DNA of 20,000 bases. Origin: an uncultured virus (IMG/VR IMGVR_UViG_3300017772_000002). Taxonomy: Duplodnaviria > Heunggongvirae > Uroviricota > Caudoviricetes. Below are positions 6,941-16,318 of the stretch, in pieces. The translations under genes were made by a program, and so were the position numbers. Numbering within the stretch: position 1 is the first letter of the stretch; every line of letters begins with the position of its first letter. The notes below the pieces were generated by a model. It saw only the letters and a list, made by a program, of their open reading frames with translations. It had not been told where the DNA came from and did no database searches. The stretch lies in IMG/VR virus record IMGVR_UViG_3300017772_000002, one strand, 5' to 3'.

Positions 6941-8314
6941 TTAGCTTGATGCAGGCTGAGTCATAATACCGTCTACTCTAAAGATTCTAAAGTATGGGTT
7001 AGATCTGTCCGCACCAACTGTACCGTCAGTAGCTACAAATGGGTTAGCAACCATGCCGTATCTAGTTTTGAAACCGATTCTTGGCTGGAAGTCTTCCTCA
7101 CCGATCGCTTTAACCATTGTTAAAGGAACGTATGGGCAGTAGAATACACCTGCGTCATATGGAGTAGTACCTCTGTAACCTACACAAACGTAGTCCTGGT
7201 TAGTACCACCAGCATACGGATCAACGTATACTTTGAACTTACCATTAAGAACACCAGCAAAAGTATTACCAGTATCATCTACGTTTAGGTTAGTTGCCAA
7301 TGCTGGGCTATAGTCAAGCATACCAGAAGCAGCAAGTACTGAAGCAACGTCAGAAGAACAGATTACATAGTTACCTTTTCCTCTTCTTGTTTCTTTAGCA
7401 ATTACATTAGCTTCTCTTTCGATTTGAATAATCAAACCTTTAGCTTTTTCAGCCAACCATCTGCCGTCTGTGTCAGTAGCCATGTTAAAGATACCTTTAA
7501 TAGCGTTAGAAGCTTGACCAGCACCTAGCTTAGCAGTTCTGTTTACAGTTCTAACAACTTCTCTGTTGATTTCCGCAAGGATTTCAGAAGAAAGGATGTT
7601 AGCAAGCTCGCCTTCAGCGTCTAGACCGTGGATTGCTTTAAGATCTTGAGCAAGTTCCATAGTGTATTCAGCTTTAAGAGCTCTTGACTTAGCAGTTACT
7701 GTAGCTTTCTCGATTGAGAATGCCATTTCACCGAATGAACCGCCTGAACCACCAGTACCTAGAGCTTCAGAAGCAGCTGTAGACATACCAGCTGAGTAAT
7801 CAGAAACGATTTCACCAGCAGTTTCGTTTGTGCCTAAGTTATTATCACCGTTATCAACAGCTGTTTCTAGACCAGAAGGACCTGCTTCTTGAGCTGTACC
7901 ATGGCCAGAGAATGCAGTGTTTGCTTCGTCCATGAAAGCTTCAGTTTTTGTAACTGTGCCGTCACCAGCAACATTTACATACTTAGACTTCATAGCAAAG
8001 ATTAGACCAGTAGGACCAGTCATAGGCTGTACACCAGCGATATCGTAAGCGATAAGGTTTGGCATTGCACGTCTTACCAATGAGATAAGAACGGGATTAA
8101 AACCAGCTACTTCAGCGCCAGTTGCGTTATGAGGAGCGTCTTCTCCAAGGAAGGTTCCTGATTTAGCAACAGCATCTTCTCTAGCTGCGATTTCTTGGTT
8201 TTCAAGAAGTCTAGCTGTAACAGCTGCTTTATGACTATCTTGAATTGTTGGAACATCTGTGTGCTCGAGAACCGGGCTCCACTTTTCCATTAAGTTTTTG
8301 TCTGCGTTAAACAT
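6941..8314 (-). CDS. gp23: Major capsid protein
   Basis: LISLVRRAMPNLIAYDI.GVQPMTGPTGLIFAM, KSRALKAEYT.ELAQDLKAIHGLDAE.EL, YCPYVPL, FQPRIGFKTRYG. Likely gp21 cleavage site after FLGE58. Confidence 0.99.
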   Translation of the reverse strand: MFNADKNLMEKWSPVLEHTDVPTIQDSHKAAVTARLLENQEIAAREDAVAKSGTFLGEDAPHNATGAEVAGFNPVLISLVRRAMPNLIAYDIAGVQPMTGPTGLIFAMKSKYVNVAGDGTVTKTEAFMDEANTAFSGHGTAQEAGPSGLETAVDNGDNNLGTNETAGEIVSDYSAGMSTAASEALGTGGSGGSFGEMAFSIEKATVTAKSRALKAEYTMELAQDLKAIHGLDAEGELANILSSEILAEINREVVRTVNRTAKLGAGQASNAIKGIFNMATDTDGRWLAEKAKGLIIQIEREANVIAKETRRGKGNYVICSSDVASVLAASGMLDYSPALATNLNVDDTGNTFAGVLNGKFKVYVDPYAGGTNQDYVCVGYRGTTPYDAGVFYCPYVPLTMVKAIGEEDFQPRIGFKTRYGMVANPFVATDGTVGADRSNPYFRIFRVDGIMTQPASS

Positions 8315-8331
8315 TTTTAGTTTCCCCTATA

Positions 8332-9459
8332 TTAGACTTTGTTATATTTTGATATAGCTGATGTGTATCGAGCCATTGTGTCACTGACGTCAACCGGAGC
8401 TTCGTCGGTGCCAACTAAGTTTTGAGCTTCATCTACTGATTCTTGAGCTTCAGTTTTAAAATAAGACTCTTTAACTACGTTTACTTTCATTTCGAAAGTT
8501 TCTGCAGTATCAAAGTCAATATCTTCTACCAAAGATGCAAGCTTTTCAGCTTCAGTTAATGCAAGCCCAACAGAAGCATTTCTTACGATCTCAGCTCTTT
8601 CCAAGTTGGAAACAGATTCGGTCAATGCAATATTTTCTTCTGTTGTTTTGTTTAAAGATTCTTCGAGTTCAGTAACCTGTTCTGACAATTCGTCAATCAG
8701 ATCAACTTTACCTTCTGGAACCTCAATGTAATGTTCTTTGAACACTGATTGTAAAGAAGCCATAAAGTCTTCAGCAATCTCAGTCCTAAGACCAGTTTCA
8801 ACTGCAACTTTATTTTCTTCCATCCAGTTACCAACCACATAGTTAAGGTAAGAATCTACCTTTTCTACAAGCTCGGACTTGATTTCTGAAACTTCTTCTT
8901 CAAGGTTTTGAACGTACTCAGACTCTAGTCTTTCGATTTCTGAACCCACTTTTGATTTAAGGGCAGCTTCGAAGATGATTCCAGCTTTAGCTTGGAAACC
9001 ATCTGACAAAGTAGCTTCTTCAGCAACTAGGTTGTCAAGGTCTTCTTGGTAGTCAATATGTGCAACGTCTACATCAACGTCTTCTTTCTTGACTGAAGCT
9101 TTCTCTTCAACATCAGGTGCCTTAAGTGTTTTCACAACGCTAGAATAGATTCTTTGTGCGTCAATTTTTTTAGAGTTTTTCAACATATCATTTACTGATG
9201 CCATGATTGCTGCTTTAGTTTTAGGCATTGGCTCTTCTTCCTCTTCGACTTCTTCGTCGTCGTCAGAATCGTCGTCATCGTCGTCCTCATCGGACTCTTT
9301 GACTTCTTCCTCGTCACCTTCTTCTTCAGCATCATCATTAGCTTCTACGATTTCTTCGTCTTGAACTTGTTCGTCTTCAACGAGCTCCTCGTTTGAAAGC
9401 TCTTCAGTTTCTGATACGTCTTCGACTAATTCATTATTTTTGATTTCGTCTAATGACAT
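8332..9459 (-). CDS. gp22: Prohead core scaffolding protein
   Basis: Acidic coiled coil, IFEAA, KVDSYLNYVV..WM.EN..A; lies between gp21 and gp23. Confidence 0.95.
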   Translation of the reverse strand: MSLDEIKNNELVEDVSETEELSNEELVEDEQVQDEEIVEANDDAEEEGDEEEVKESDEDDDDDDSDDDEEVEEEEEPMPKTKAAIMASVNDMLKNSKKIDAQRIYSSVVKTLKAPDVEEKASVKKEDVDVDVAHIDYQEDLDNLVAEEATLSDGFQAKAGIIFEAALKSKVGSEIERLESEYVQNLEEEVSEIKSELVEKVDSYLNYVVGNWMEENKVAVETGLRTEIAEDFMASLQSVFKEHYIEVPEGKVDLIDELSEQVTELEESLNKTTEENIALTESVSNLERAEIVRNASVGLALTEAEKLASLVEDIDFDTAETFEMKVNVVKESYFKTEAQESVDEAQNLVGTDEAPVDVSDTMARYTSAISKYNKV

Positions 9460-9473
9460 AATTTATTCTCCTA

Positions 9474-10127
9474 TTAAGAATTTACAAGTTTAGAGAGGAA
9501 ATTTTTAAAAGCTTTAATCTCGACATCAGATGAACTAATACCTCGAGCTTCCTTGATTTCAGTCTCAATTTTTTCAATTTCTTGTGGACAAAGCACGCCA
9601 TTATTCCATACCCACTCAACACCTTCCATAATTCCATTGACAAATGCCTCTGGAGCTGAAGGGTCTTGAACGATATCTACTGTAGACAACATAAAGTCAT
9701 CTTTCACATACATAGCGCCATTTTTTTGCACAAGACTTCCCATACCACGACTTGATACACCAAGCTTAACGCCACCATCGAGCAAACCTTTTACGATCTG
9801 ACCCATAGGAGTTTCTAAGATTGATGCTTTTCCAATAACATTACTTCCGTCAAATCTGAGTTCAGTAATCTTATGTGAAACTTTATCTAAGTTAATGGAA
9901 GGACCTTCAGGGTGGTTTAATTCCCCAACTGCTCTTCCAGTACTTACTTGATCTTTTACGTATTTATTAACGGCATTCTCCAAGATTTCTTTTGGATATA
10001 CTCTGCCATTTCTGTTTTTAGAATCAGCTTGCATAAAAACACCCTCAATACAGAGAGTTTTTTTACCGTTAACTTTTTCTTCAATAACCTCTAGGTTATT
10101 GTCATTGTATTCTGCTATAAGGTTCAT
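9474..10127 (-). CDS. gp21: Prohead protease
   Basis: IEGVFMQ...KNRNGRVYP, GELNHP (catalytic His), GVSSRGMGS (catalytic Ser), DIV.DPSAP.AFV. Confidence 0.98.
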   Translation of the reverse strand: MNLIAEYNDNNLEVIEEKVNGKKTLCIEGVFMQADSKNRNGRVYPKEILENAVNKYVKDQVSTGRAVGELNHPEGPSINLDKVSHKITELRFDGSNVIGKASILETPMGQIVKGLLDGGVKLGVSSRGMGSLVQKNGAMYVKDDFMLSTVDIVQDPSAPEAFVNGIMEGVEWVWNNGVLCPQEIEKIETEIKEARGISSSDVEIKAFKNFLSKLVNS

Positions 10128-10145
10128 TTACTTATTTCCGTTTAG

Positions 10146-10313
10146 TTATTCCTCTTCTTTAGAGGCTTGTCTATCTTGTAATGTAGATGCCACTTCGATT
10201 TTTTTAGCATCAAACGCAGCTGACAACTTGTCAGCCATGATAGTATTAAAATCTTTACCAGCTTGAACGTTGTCTCCGCTCTTTACATTATCAATTAGTT
10301 CTGCAATATTCAT
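10146..10313 (-). CDS. Small prohead core protein (gp67-like), 55 aa
   Basis: Hand translation: MNIAELIDNVKSGDNVQAGKDFNTIMADKLSAAFDAKKIEVASTLQDRQASKEEE*. AAGGA SD and late promoter upstream; fills the gp20-gp21 gap; shorter than any ORF in the track. Confidence 0.85.
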   Translation of the reverse strand: MNIAELIDNVKSGDNVQAGKDFNTIMADKLSAAFDAKKIEVASTLQDRQASKEEE

Positions 10314-10335
10314 TATTTCCTTTTCCTATGTTATA

Positions 10336-10343
10336 TATTTATA
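10336..10343 (-). promoter_or_regulatory. Late promoter of the gp67-gp21-gp22-gp23 head operon
   Basis: Exact TATAAATA in the spacer after gp20. Confidence 0.85.
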
Positions 10344-10361
10344 AAAAATTAAATTTCAAGA

Positions 10362-11852
10362 TTAAAAATCTTCATCATCAATGTCTTCAATTTCACCAGA
10401 TGCTTTCTCATCAGCTATTTGTTTCTGTATTTCAGCAATTTCATCATCAGATTGTCTTAAAACATTCTTACGAATCCACTCATTAGATACATATTTTCCA
10501 ACATATTCATCCATTTGAGCTAACATCTCAAATCTTTCTCTTAGAATTTCAGCTTCTTTTAGTTCGCTAAAGTAATTGTCTTCAATAAAATCAAAGGCAA
10601 TATCTTCTTTAAACATGTGCCAATCTTCTTTAGTAACAATACCTTTCAATAAACATTGTGTTCTTAAAAGCTGTACAAATAAATCACTAAATCTTTTTCT
10701 TAATCTATCTAAAAACTTTTTAAATTTAACTTCGTCTCTTGATATTTCAGTAGACCTACCTAAATTAAATCCAGATTCTTGTTCTAAACGATTAACTGGA
10801 ACATTTAGTGATTTGTATAATTTCTTTTGGAAATATATAATATCATCGATTTGTCCAAGATTCTCACCACCAGGAAGCGTTGAAATCTCAGTACCTCTTC
10901 CGCCTTCTCTTCGAGGTAGGAAGAAATCTTCAAGCATTGACATATGCTTGCGATCATCTTTAATATCTCCAGTTTTAGCATCATAAACCAACTTATTTCT
11001 ATATTGACCCATGATATTTTTTAAATATTCTTCTGCTTTACCTTTTGGAAGGTTACCAACATCAATATAAAATATTCTTCTTTCTGGAGCTCTACTAATT
11101 CTATAAATTACTAGAGAATCTTCCATCATTCTAAGTTGATTTACAGGTTTAATTGCTTTCTGTAAATGCGATAAAATTCTTTTACGTGTGGGATCCAGCA
11201 TCCCAGAAGTACAATATGCAATAGAGTCCGGATGTATTTTTAATCCTTGTCCATCATTTGCCATTTTTCCATCTTGAAATAAGAAGTACTCTTCTGACTT
11301 CTTAATAATATTAGCCCCGGTTTTTGGATCTTTTTCTTCTTCTACTTCTTTGATCTTTCTTAATTTACCGGGATCAATATATCTTAATTCTTTAATACCA
11401 GCTTTTGGATTTTTTGTATCAATCAAAATATGGTATGGTAATCTACCGTCGATATACCATTTTCTAAAAATATCATGCGAGTATGCGTTAAAATGAAGTA
11501 ATGAGATTATATTCTCAAATTCTTCTTTTATAGCCCCTTTAATCTTGTCAGATGCATTTAGTTCATCCATAATAATTTCAATAGGTGCTGATCTACTATC
11601 ACCAACAATCGCTTCATTGACGATATCTTCAATTGCGGCATCGCACTCAGGATGCGAAGCAATATCTCTATACTTATGAATAAGATCTACTTCAGTCTTA
11701 GCTGAGTCGCCATCAATATCTACATACTGGCCAAAATGACCACCTGTATTAATAACCCCAACGCCATCTTCATCTGTATTTGGAACAAAGGAAGGAAGCT
11801 CAGGAAGCTTTTGTCCTTTCCTATTGATCTCAAAACCAAAAAGTTCTGCCAT
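10362..11852 (-). CDS. gp20: Portal vertex protein
   Basis: MAELFGF, NQLRMMEDSLVIYRISRAPERRIFYIDVGNLPK.KAE.Y, EDFFLPRREGGRGTEISTLPGG. Confidence 0.99.
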   Translation of the reverse strand: MAELFGFEINRKGQKLPELPSFVPNTDEDGVGVINTGGHFGQYVDIDGDSAKTEVDLIHKYRDIASHPECDAAIEDIVNEAIVGDSRSAPIEIIMDELNASDKIKGAIKEEFENIISLLHFNAYSHDIFRKWYIDGRLPYHILIDTKNPKAGIKELRYIDPGKLRKIKEVEEEKDPKTGANIIKKSEEYFLFQDGKMANDGQGLKIHPDSIAYCTSGMLDPTRKRILSHLQKAIKPVNQLRMMEDSLVIYRISRAPERRIFYIDVGNLPKGKAEEYLKNIMGQYRNKLVYDAKTGDIKDDRKHMSMLEDFFLPRREGGRGTEISTLPGGENLGQIDDIIYFQKKLYKSLNVPVNRLEQESGFNLGRSTEISRDEVKFKKFLDRLRKRFSDLFVQLLRTQCLLKGIVTKEDWHMFKEDIAFDFIEDNYFSELKEAEILRERFEMLAQMDEYVGKYVSNEWIRKNVLRQSDDEIAEIQKQIADEKASGEIEDIDDEDF

Positions 11853-11876
11853 TTTTATATTTACCTCAATATTATC

Positions 11877-11900
11877 GGAAGGGAGTTAGTTCTCCCTTCC
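11877..11900 (-). promoter_or_regulatory. Hairpin in the gp20 5' leader
   Basis: GGAAGGGAG-AACTAA-CTCCCTTCC perfect 9-bp stem between the late promoter and the GAGG SD; no U-tract on the coding strand. Confidence 0.7.
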
Positions 11901-11908
11901 TTTAATAT

Positions 11909-11916
11909 TATTTATA
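11909..11916 (-). promoter_or_regulatory. Late promoter of gp20
   Basis: Exact TATAAATA just after the gp19 stop. Confidence 0.85.
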
Positions 11917-11922
11917 ATGCTT

Positions 11923-12450
11923 TTACGAAGTGGTTCCAGACTCCCAATATTGAACCTGTAACTCAACTGTAAATTCTTCAATCTGGTTTTCATTGTCATA
12001 TGAAAGTTCGATTGTAGAAAGATTAGTTGGGAAACAACCTCTCATATCGTAAGTTTTGGTTACTTCTCCTTGCTTATTAAGCTGCTCAACAATAATGTCA
12101 GCCATATAATCAGTAGGATTACTTTGACCAGTATTATTGTTGTGTTCGCTGATACCATTCATCCATCTTTCAAAAGAGTTTCTCACCGCGAAATCAGTAT
12201 CATTAATCACTGTTAATGTTACTGGTTCGAATGTTCTATCACCAGCTAATTGTAGTTGTCTGCCTCTGAATAATACAGGTACAGGTGCTACAACTGATGA
12301 AGGAAACTGAGCTCCTTTGATCAAGAAAGAAGAAAGTTCAACATCACCTTGAGCATAAGCAGGGAAGTTACATGTTACTTTGAACATGTTAGAGCGGGCG
12401 CCACCACCTACTAGCTTGGATTTAAAATCATCTACGCCTAAAATTGCCAT
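11923..12450 (-). CDS. gp19: Tail tube protein
   Basis: GGAR.N.F.V, FRGR.L..AGDRTF, FPTN.S.IELSYD....IEEF.V...VQYW. Confidence 0.97.
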   Translation of the reverse strand: MAILGVDDFKSKLVGGGARSNMFKVTCNFPAYAQGDVELSSFLIKGAQFPSSVVAPVPVLFRGRQLQLAGDRTFEPVTLTVINDTDFAVRNSFERWMNGISEHNNNTGQSNPTDYMADIIVEQLNKQGEVTKTYDMRGCFPTNLSTIELSYDNENQIEEFTVELQVQYWESGTTS

Positions 12451-12468
12451 TTTTTCTTCTCCTAGTTA

Positions 12469-14172
12469 TTAACCAGCGATTTCAGAGAAATCTACTCCGG
12501 TTCTTGTTGCAATAAAGTTAAGTGTTATGAAGTTAATAGATCTTGAAGGCTTGATAAAGATATCAGCAACAAATCTATTAGCATCGATTACCTGACCAGT
12601 GTTGTTAGTTTCATCACAAACAACTCTAAAGTCAGTCATACCACGTCTGCCTTTAACATCTCTCATGAATGGTTCGAGCATATTTCTAAACTGAGCTCTT
12701 GTAAATTCATCATTGAATTCAAAGAGTTGAGCTTTTGCCGCAGTAGCAACTGATTTTTCTAGAACAATGAATAGTCTTCTAACATTGATTCTATCAAAAG
12801 CACTTGGCTTGCTTAATAGTGTTTTATCACCAAATAGCATAGTTCCTTGTCCTGGGAAAGATACTAGAGGATTAACTCTACCTTTGTAGAGACTATCTCT
12901 ATCAGCTTTCTTAGGATTATATGCCAATTTAGTTACACCAAATAGTTGACCTCTGTTAACGCCAGCTGGAGAGAACCAAGTGTCAGCAACCTGATCAGTG
13001 TTTGCACAAAGACCAGCGCAAAGACCAGAAGCACCAATCCATCTGTAAACATCATTGTATTTGTCATAAACATATACAGCGCCTGAATCAACAGAAGCAT
13101 ATGATGTAGAATTAATTGATAGCTGATTAGAATCACCATTTACCCAATCAAGTACATCACTTGCTGGAGTATCAGTACCAACTGAATCTTCAATTGGCGG
13201 CGATAAGAATGCCATACAATCTTTTCTTGTGTTACAAATTTCGATTAGTTTATTACAAATGGTTTTACTACCATCAGCATCTGGATAAGCAAACAATAGG
13301 TTAACATCCTCTGTTTCAGCATCAGATAACATCATGAAACCGGTATTGATTTCACCTGCAGTTGGTGCATTATCGTCAACACCACCTGTAAGATTAGATG
13401 TAAGTACAGCTGTACCAGTTACAAATGCTACTCCTTCATCAACTTCTGTAGTTGAAGGATCATCAACTGGATTAGTACCAGCATTAGTTAAAGCTGTTGG
13501 ATGACCAGTCCAATAAATATAACTGGATGTTCTATTGATTACTTCTTTATAATAGTTGCTTTGACCATCAGACTTCTTAGATTCTGAAGCCTGCGATACA
13601 AATGGGAATGTTTCTAGAACAGTCCCTGCAGTTCCACTCCACGCGCCAGTTGTGTCTACAACAGCAATGTGTAATTCGTCGTTAGCGTATCCATTTAAAG
13701 TTCCATAATCGGAAGTTCCTGGAGCGCCATCGAAGCTGCCTGCTTCGTTAAATGCTGCCCAAGCTGTAGCATCAGCTGGACAGATTGTTACTTTAAGCGA
13801 GTTACCTAGTTTACCTGGGTATCTAGCAATAAATGTTCCGTCAAAACTTAAAGAATCATAATGATCCTCATTCTTGACGAGTTTAGCAGTTCCATCGGTC
13901 GCATTTTTATGACCGGAAGCTACTCGTACTACTTTAAGCGCGTTACCATACTTTAAGAATGATGCAGCAGTTAAAAAGTACTTATAAGTATTGGAATCTG
14001 GTGTTCCGAAGATACTAGCTAATTCTGTTTCTGAACCAACCGTTCTAACTTCTTCTACTGGACCCCAATTGAAAGACCCTGCAAATCCACCAATACTGGT
14101 TGATACTGCAGGTATTACGCCCGATGCGTCAATTTCTTTGACTTGGACGCCTGGTGATACTTGAAATGCCAT
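12469..14172 (-). CDS. gp18: Tail sheath protein
   Basis: SPGV.VKEID, WGPV, WFSPAG.NRG, GDKT......AFDRINVRRLF, FEFNDEFTR, IKP.RSINFITLNF.ATRTGV.F.E. Confidence 0.98.
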   Translation of the reverse strand: MAFQVSPGVQVKEIDASGVIPAVSTSIGGFAGSFNWGPVEEVRTVGSETELASIFGTPDSNTYKYFLTAASFLKYGNALKVVRVASGHKNATDGTAKLVKNEDHYDSLSFDGTFIARYPGKLGNSLKVTICPADATAWAAFNEAGSFDGAPGTSDYGTLNGYANDELHIAVVDTTGAWSGTAGTVLETFPFVSQASESKKSDGQSNYYKEVINRTSSYIYWTGHPTALTNAGTNPVDDPSTTEVDEGVAFVTGTAVLTSNLTGGVDDNAPTAGEINTGFMMLSDAETEDVNLLFAYPDADGSKTICNKLIEICNTRKDCMAFLSPPIEDSVGTDTPASDVLDWVNGDSNQLSINSTSYASVDSGAVYVYDKYNDVYRWIGASGLCAGLCANTDQVADTWFSPAGVNRGQLFGVTKLAYNPKKADRDSLYKGRVNPLVSFPGQGTMLFGDKTLLSKPSAFDRINVRRLFIVLEKSVATAAKAQLFEFNDEFTRAQFRNMLEPFMRDVKGRRGMTDFRVVCDETNNTGQVIDANRFVADIFIKPSRSINFITLNFIATRTGVDFSEIAG

Positions 14173-14236
14173 TTTTTTGTCCTCTCAAATTGAGTTATTA
14201 ATAAGTTTTCATAATACGGTTATATTCAATCAGTTT

Positions 14237-14250
14237 TATTTATATAAATA
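14237..14250. promoter_or_regulatory. Late promoter of gp18 (minus, 14237-14244) overlapping a plus-strand TATAAATA (14243-14250)
   Basis: Palindrome TATTTATATAAATA. Confidence 0.8.
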
Positions 14251-14267
14251 ATAATTCTAAGGGATAT

Positions 14268-15890
14268 TTATGACGTAAGATGCCTTTTTAGTGGATCATA
14301 TGAATGATCTTCAAACCAAACATTACCTTCGCCATCGCCTTTACCTTCTATATTACTATTACTACCATCATTAATAATACCAAAAGGCAACATGTCGTCT
14401 TGAATAGCTTGTAATTGCTCTCGATATAATAAATTTTTCATATCAATATTAGTCAATCCTTGAAATATATCAGTTGAAGTAAACCAAGCAAACATAACTA
14501 AATTCATAACTAAATCATCGTGGTTAGGAGCTTGAGCCTCAAACGAATTACCTCTTGCTACAAATGTACACATTTCGCTAATAGTCTCAGCATCAACAAT
14601 GTGTAATTTCTTTTGGCCAATTAAATCTTTTAGTGTTGAACAGCCAATTCTTTTTACTCTTCGAGTCATAGTAGCACCAATCGAATTAGCTTTTACTTGT
14701 GATTCTACAAACATATTTTCATATTCTAAATCATAATACAAACCATTACAAACAACTGCACCCTGATCATTAGACTCAACTATTATATATGCCTCATTGT
14801 AAATCATAGCGTACTTGTAACATATATCTGGCAATAGCATTGGAGATATATTATTATCTCTAAACACACAAACCTGCTTAAATGGATTTACTGATGTGTC
14901 AATTATAGTAAATGTACTGTAATCCTGGCCCCTACCTTTCGAAACATCGACTGTCATTACATAGTGATGGTCTTCTTTAGGCTTTTCATACATAAATAAG
15001 TGTTCATTAAAATCCATAGGCCTTTGAGATTTTTGAGCTAATAAATCACTAGCATCGATAAGTGTATTACCTCTTCCATGAAAGTTATTTCCAAATTCTT
15101 GGTCAAACTGAAGCTCTGAAGTATTAGCTATGGTTTGAGCTTTCCAAGCTTCATCTCTTCCAGGTACATCCCACCAATCAACTCTAAACGCTTTAAATTC
15201 ATTGACATATGTTGTTGCTCCTTCCCATATCTTATGATATACATTACCAATACCATTAGCAGTAGAAGTAATAATAACCTTAGTATCCTTACCGGATGAT
15301 ACAACAGGATAAGTTGATGTATAAAACTGAGCATCATTTTCGACAAAGGCAAACTCGTCTAAGAACAATAGGTTAATAGATAAACCACGAATAGAACTAC
15401 CAGAAGTTGCAGATGCAATAAGCTTTGAGTTATTTGAAAATTCAATAGATCCTTTATTCAATGCTTTACAGCCTGGCTGTAAAAAGAATGGCAAGTTTTC
15501 TAACATAAGTGTTACACGAGATAACATTTCTCTTGCTGTAGCGCCTTTGTTAGCTAATATAGCTATTGTTTTTTCTGAGTGGAAACATGCATACCAAAGT
15601 AAATACCCCACAGCAGCAATAGATTTACCAGACTGTCTACAAGCCAACACAATAGAAAATCTATTCTCATTAAAATGATTAAACATATTTTCTTGGTATT
15701 GATAAAGATTAAATGGTACTAAACCATCATCAAGCGAAATAACCTTGAGATATGTGCGAGCAAAATATGCAGGATCCATCATGCATTTTCTGTACTCTTT
15801 AATTTGTTCTTCTGTAAATTCAGCTTCTACGCCATCCCGTTTTACATTGGGATTGCCCATATAGCCTTCATCATTTTTTGGGCGTGACAT
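14268..15890 (-). CDS. gp17: Terminase large subunit
   Basis: RQSGKS Walker A, LLFLDEFAF Walker B, ITSTANG motif III, nuclease DVSKG.G.DYS and HDDLVM. Confidence 0.98.
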   Translation of the reverse strand: MSRPKNDEGYMGNPNVKRDGVEAEFTEEQIKEYRKCMMDPAYFARTYLKVISLDDGLVPFNLYQYQENMFNHFNENRFSIVLACRQSGKSIAAVGYLLWYACFHSEKTIAILANKGATAREMLSRVTLMLENLPFFLQPGCKALNKGSIEFSNNSKLIASATSGSSIRGLSINLLFLDEFAFVENDAQFYTSTYPVVSSGKDTKVIITSTANGIGNVYHKIWEGATTYVNEFKAFRVDWWDVPGRDEAWKAQTIANTSELQFDQEFGNNFHGRGNTLIDASDLLAQKSQRPMDFNEHLFMYEKPKEDHHYVMTVDVSKGRGQDYSTFTIIDTSVNPFKQVCVFRDNNISPMLLPDICYKYAMIYNEAYIIVESNDQGAVVCNGLYYDLEYENMFVESQVKANSIGATMTRRVKRIGCSTLKDLIGQKKLHIVDAETISEMCTFVARGNSFEAQAPNHDDLVMNLVMFAWFTSTDIFQGLTNIDMKNLLYREQLQAIQDDMLPFGIINDGSNSNIEGKGDGEGNVWFEDHSYDPLKRHLTS

Positions 15891-16311
15891 CTATAATCTC
15901 TTCCTTTGCCTTAGCTTCTTTATCAGCTTTAGCGAATAATCTTTGTAGATCTGCAGTACTACCAACAAATAAATTATTATTAGTTGTAGTTTTTTTACTT
16001 TGTGATTCGCCTGCCAAATCTTGTTTACTTTTTTGCAGAGTCATAAGTTTATCAGTAACATCACCAATATCTTTTATGGCTTTAGATAATACTTCAAATG
16101 CTCTTGGGTGTTCGGATTCTCTAGCTAATTCAGCTAAAACATCTAAGGATTTTACACCGGTGTCTATAAGGTCTTTATAAGTTTTTCTTGAATACTCGTA
16201 ATCGTCTTTAACCTCAGTTTGATCTTTGGTTAAAGTTGCAGGAACTTTCTTATCTTTTTTCTCTGGCAAGTTCTTATTCAGGCTTGCCTGCATTTTTTCT
16301 AATTTATCCAT
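15871..16311 (-). CDS. gp16: Terminase small subunit
   Basis: DYEYSR, ESEHPRAFEV, NNNLFVGST.DLQ; overlaps the gp17 start. Confidence 0.95.
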   Translation of the reverse strand: MDKLEKMQASLNKNLPEKKDKKVPATLTKDQTEVKDDYEYSRKTYKDLIDTGVKSLDVLAELARESEHPRAFEVLSKAIKDIGDVTDKLMTLQKSKQDLAGESQSKKTTTNNNLFVGSTADLQRLFAKADKEAKAKEEIIDVTPKK

Positions 16312-16318
16312 AATATAC

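Noticed and set aside
9230..9440. Low-complexity GAA/GAC-rich tract in gp22
   Set aside because: Encodes the acidic N-terminal region usual in T4-like scaffolding proteins; not a separate repeat element.
11877..11900. Intrinsic terminator for gp19
   Set aside because: It lies downstream of the gp20 late promoter and lacks a U-tract on the coding strand; treated as a leader hairpin instead.
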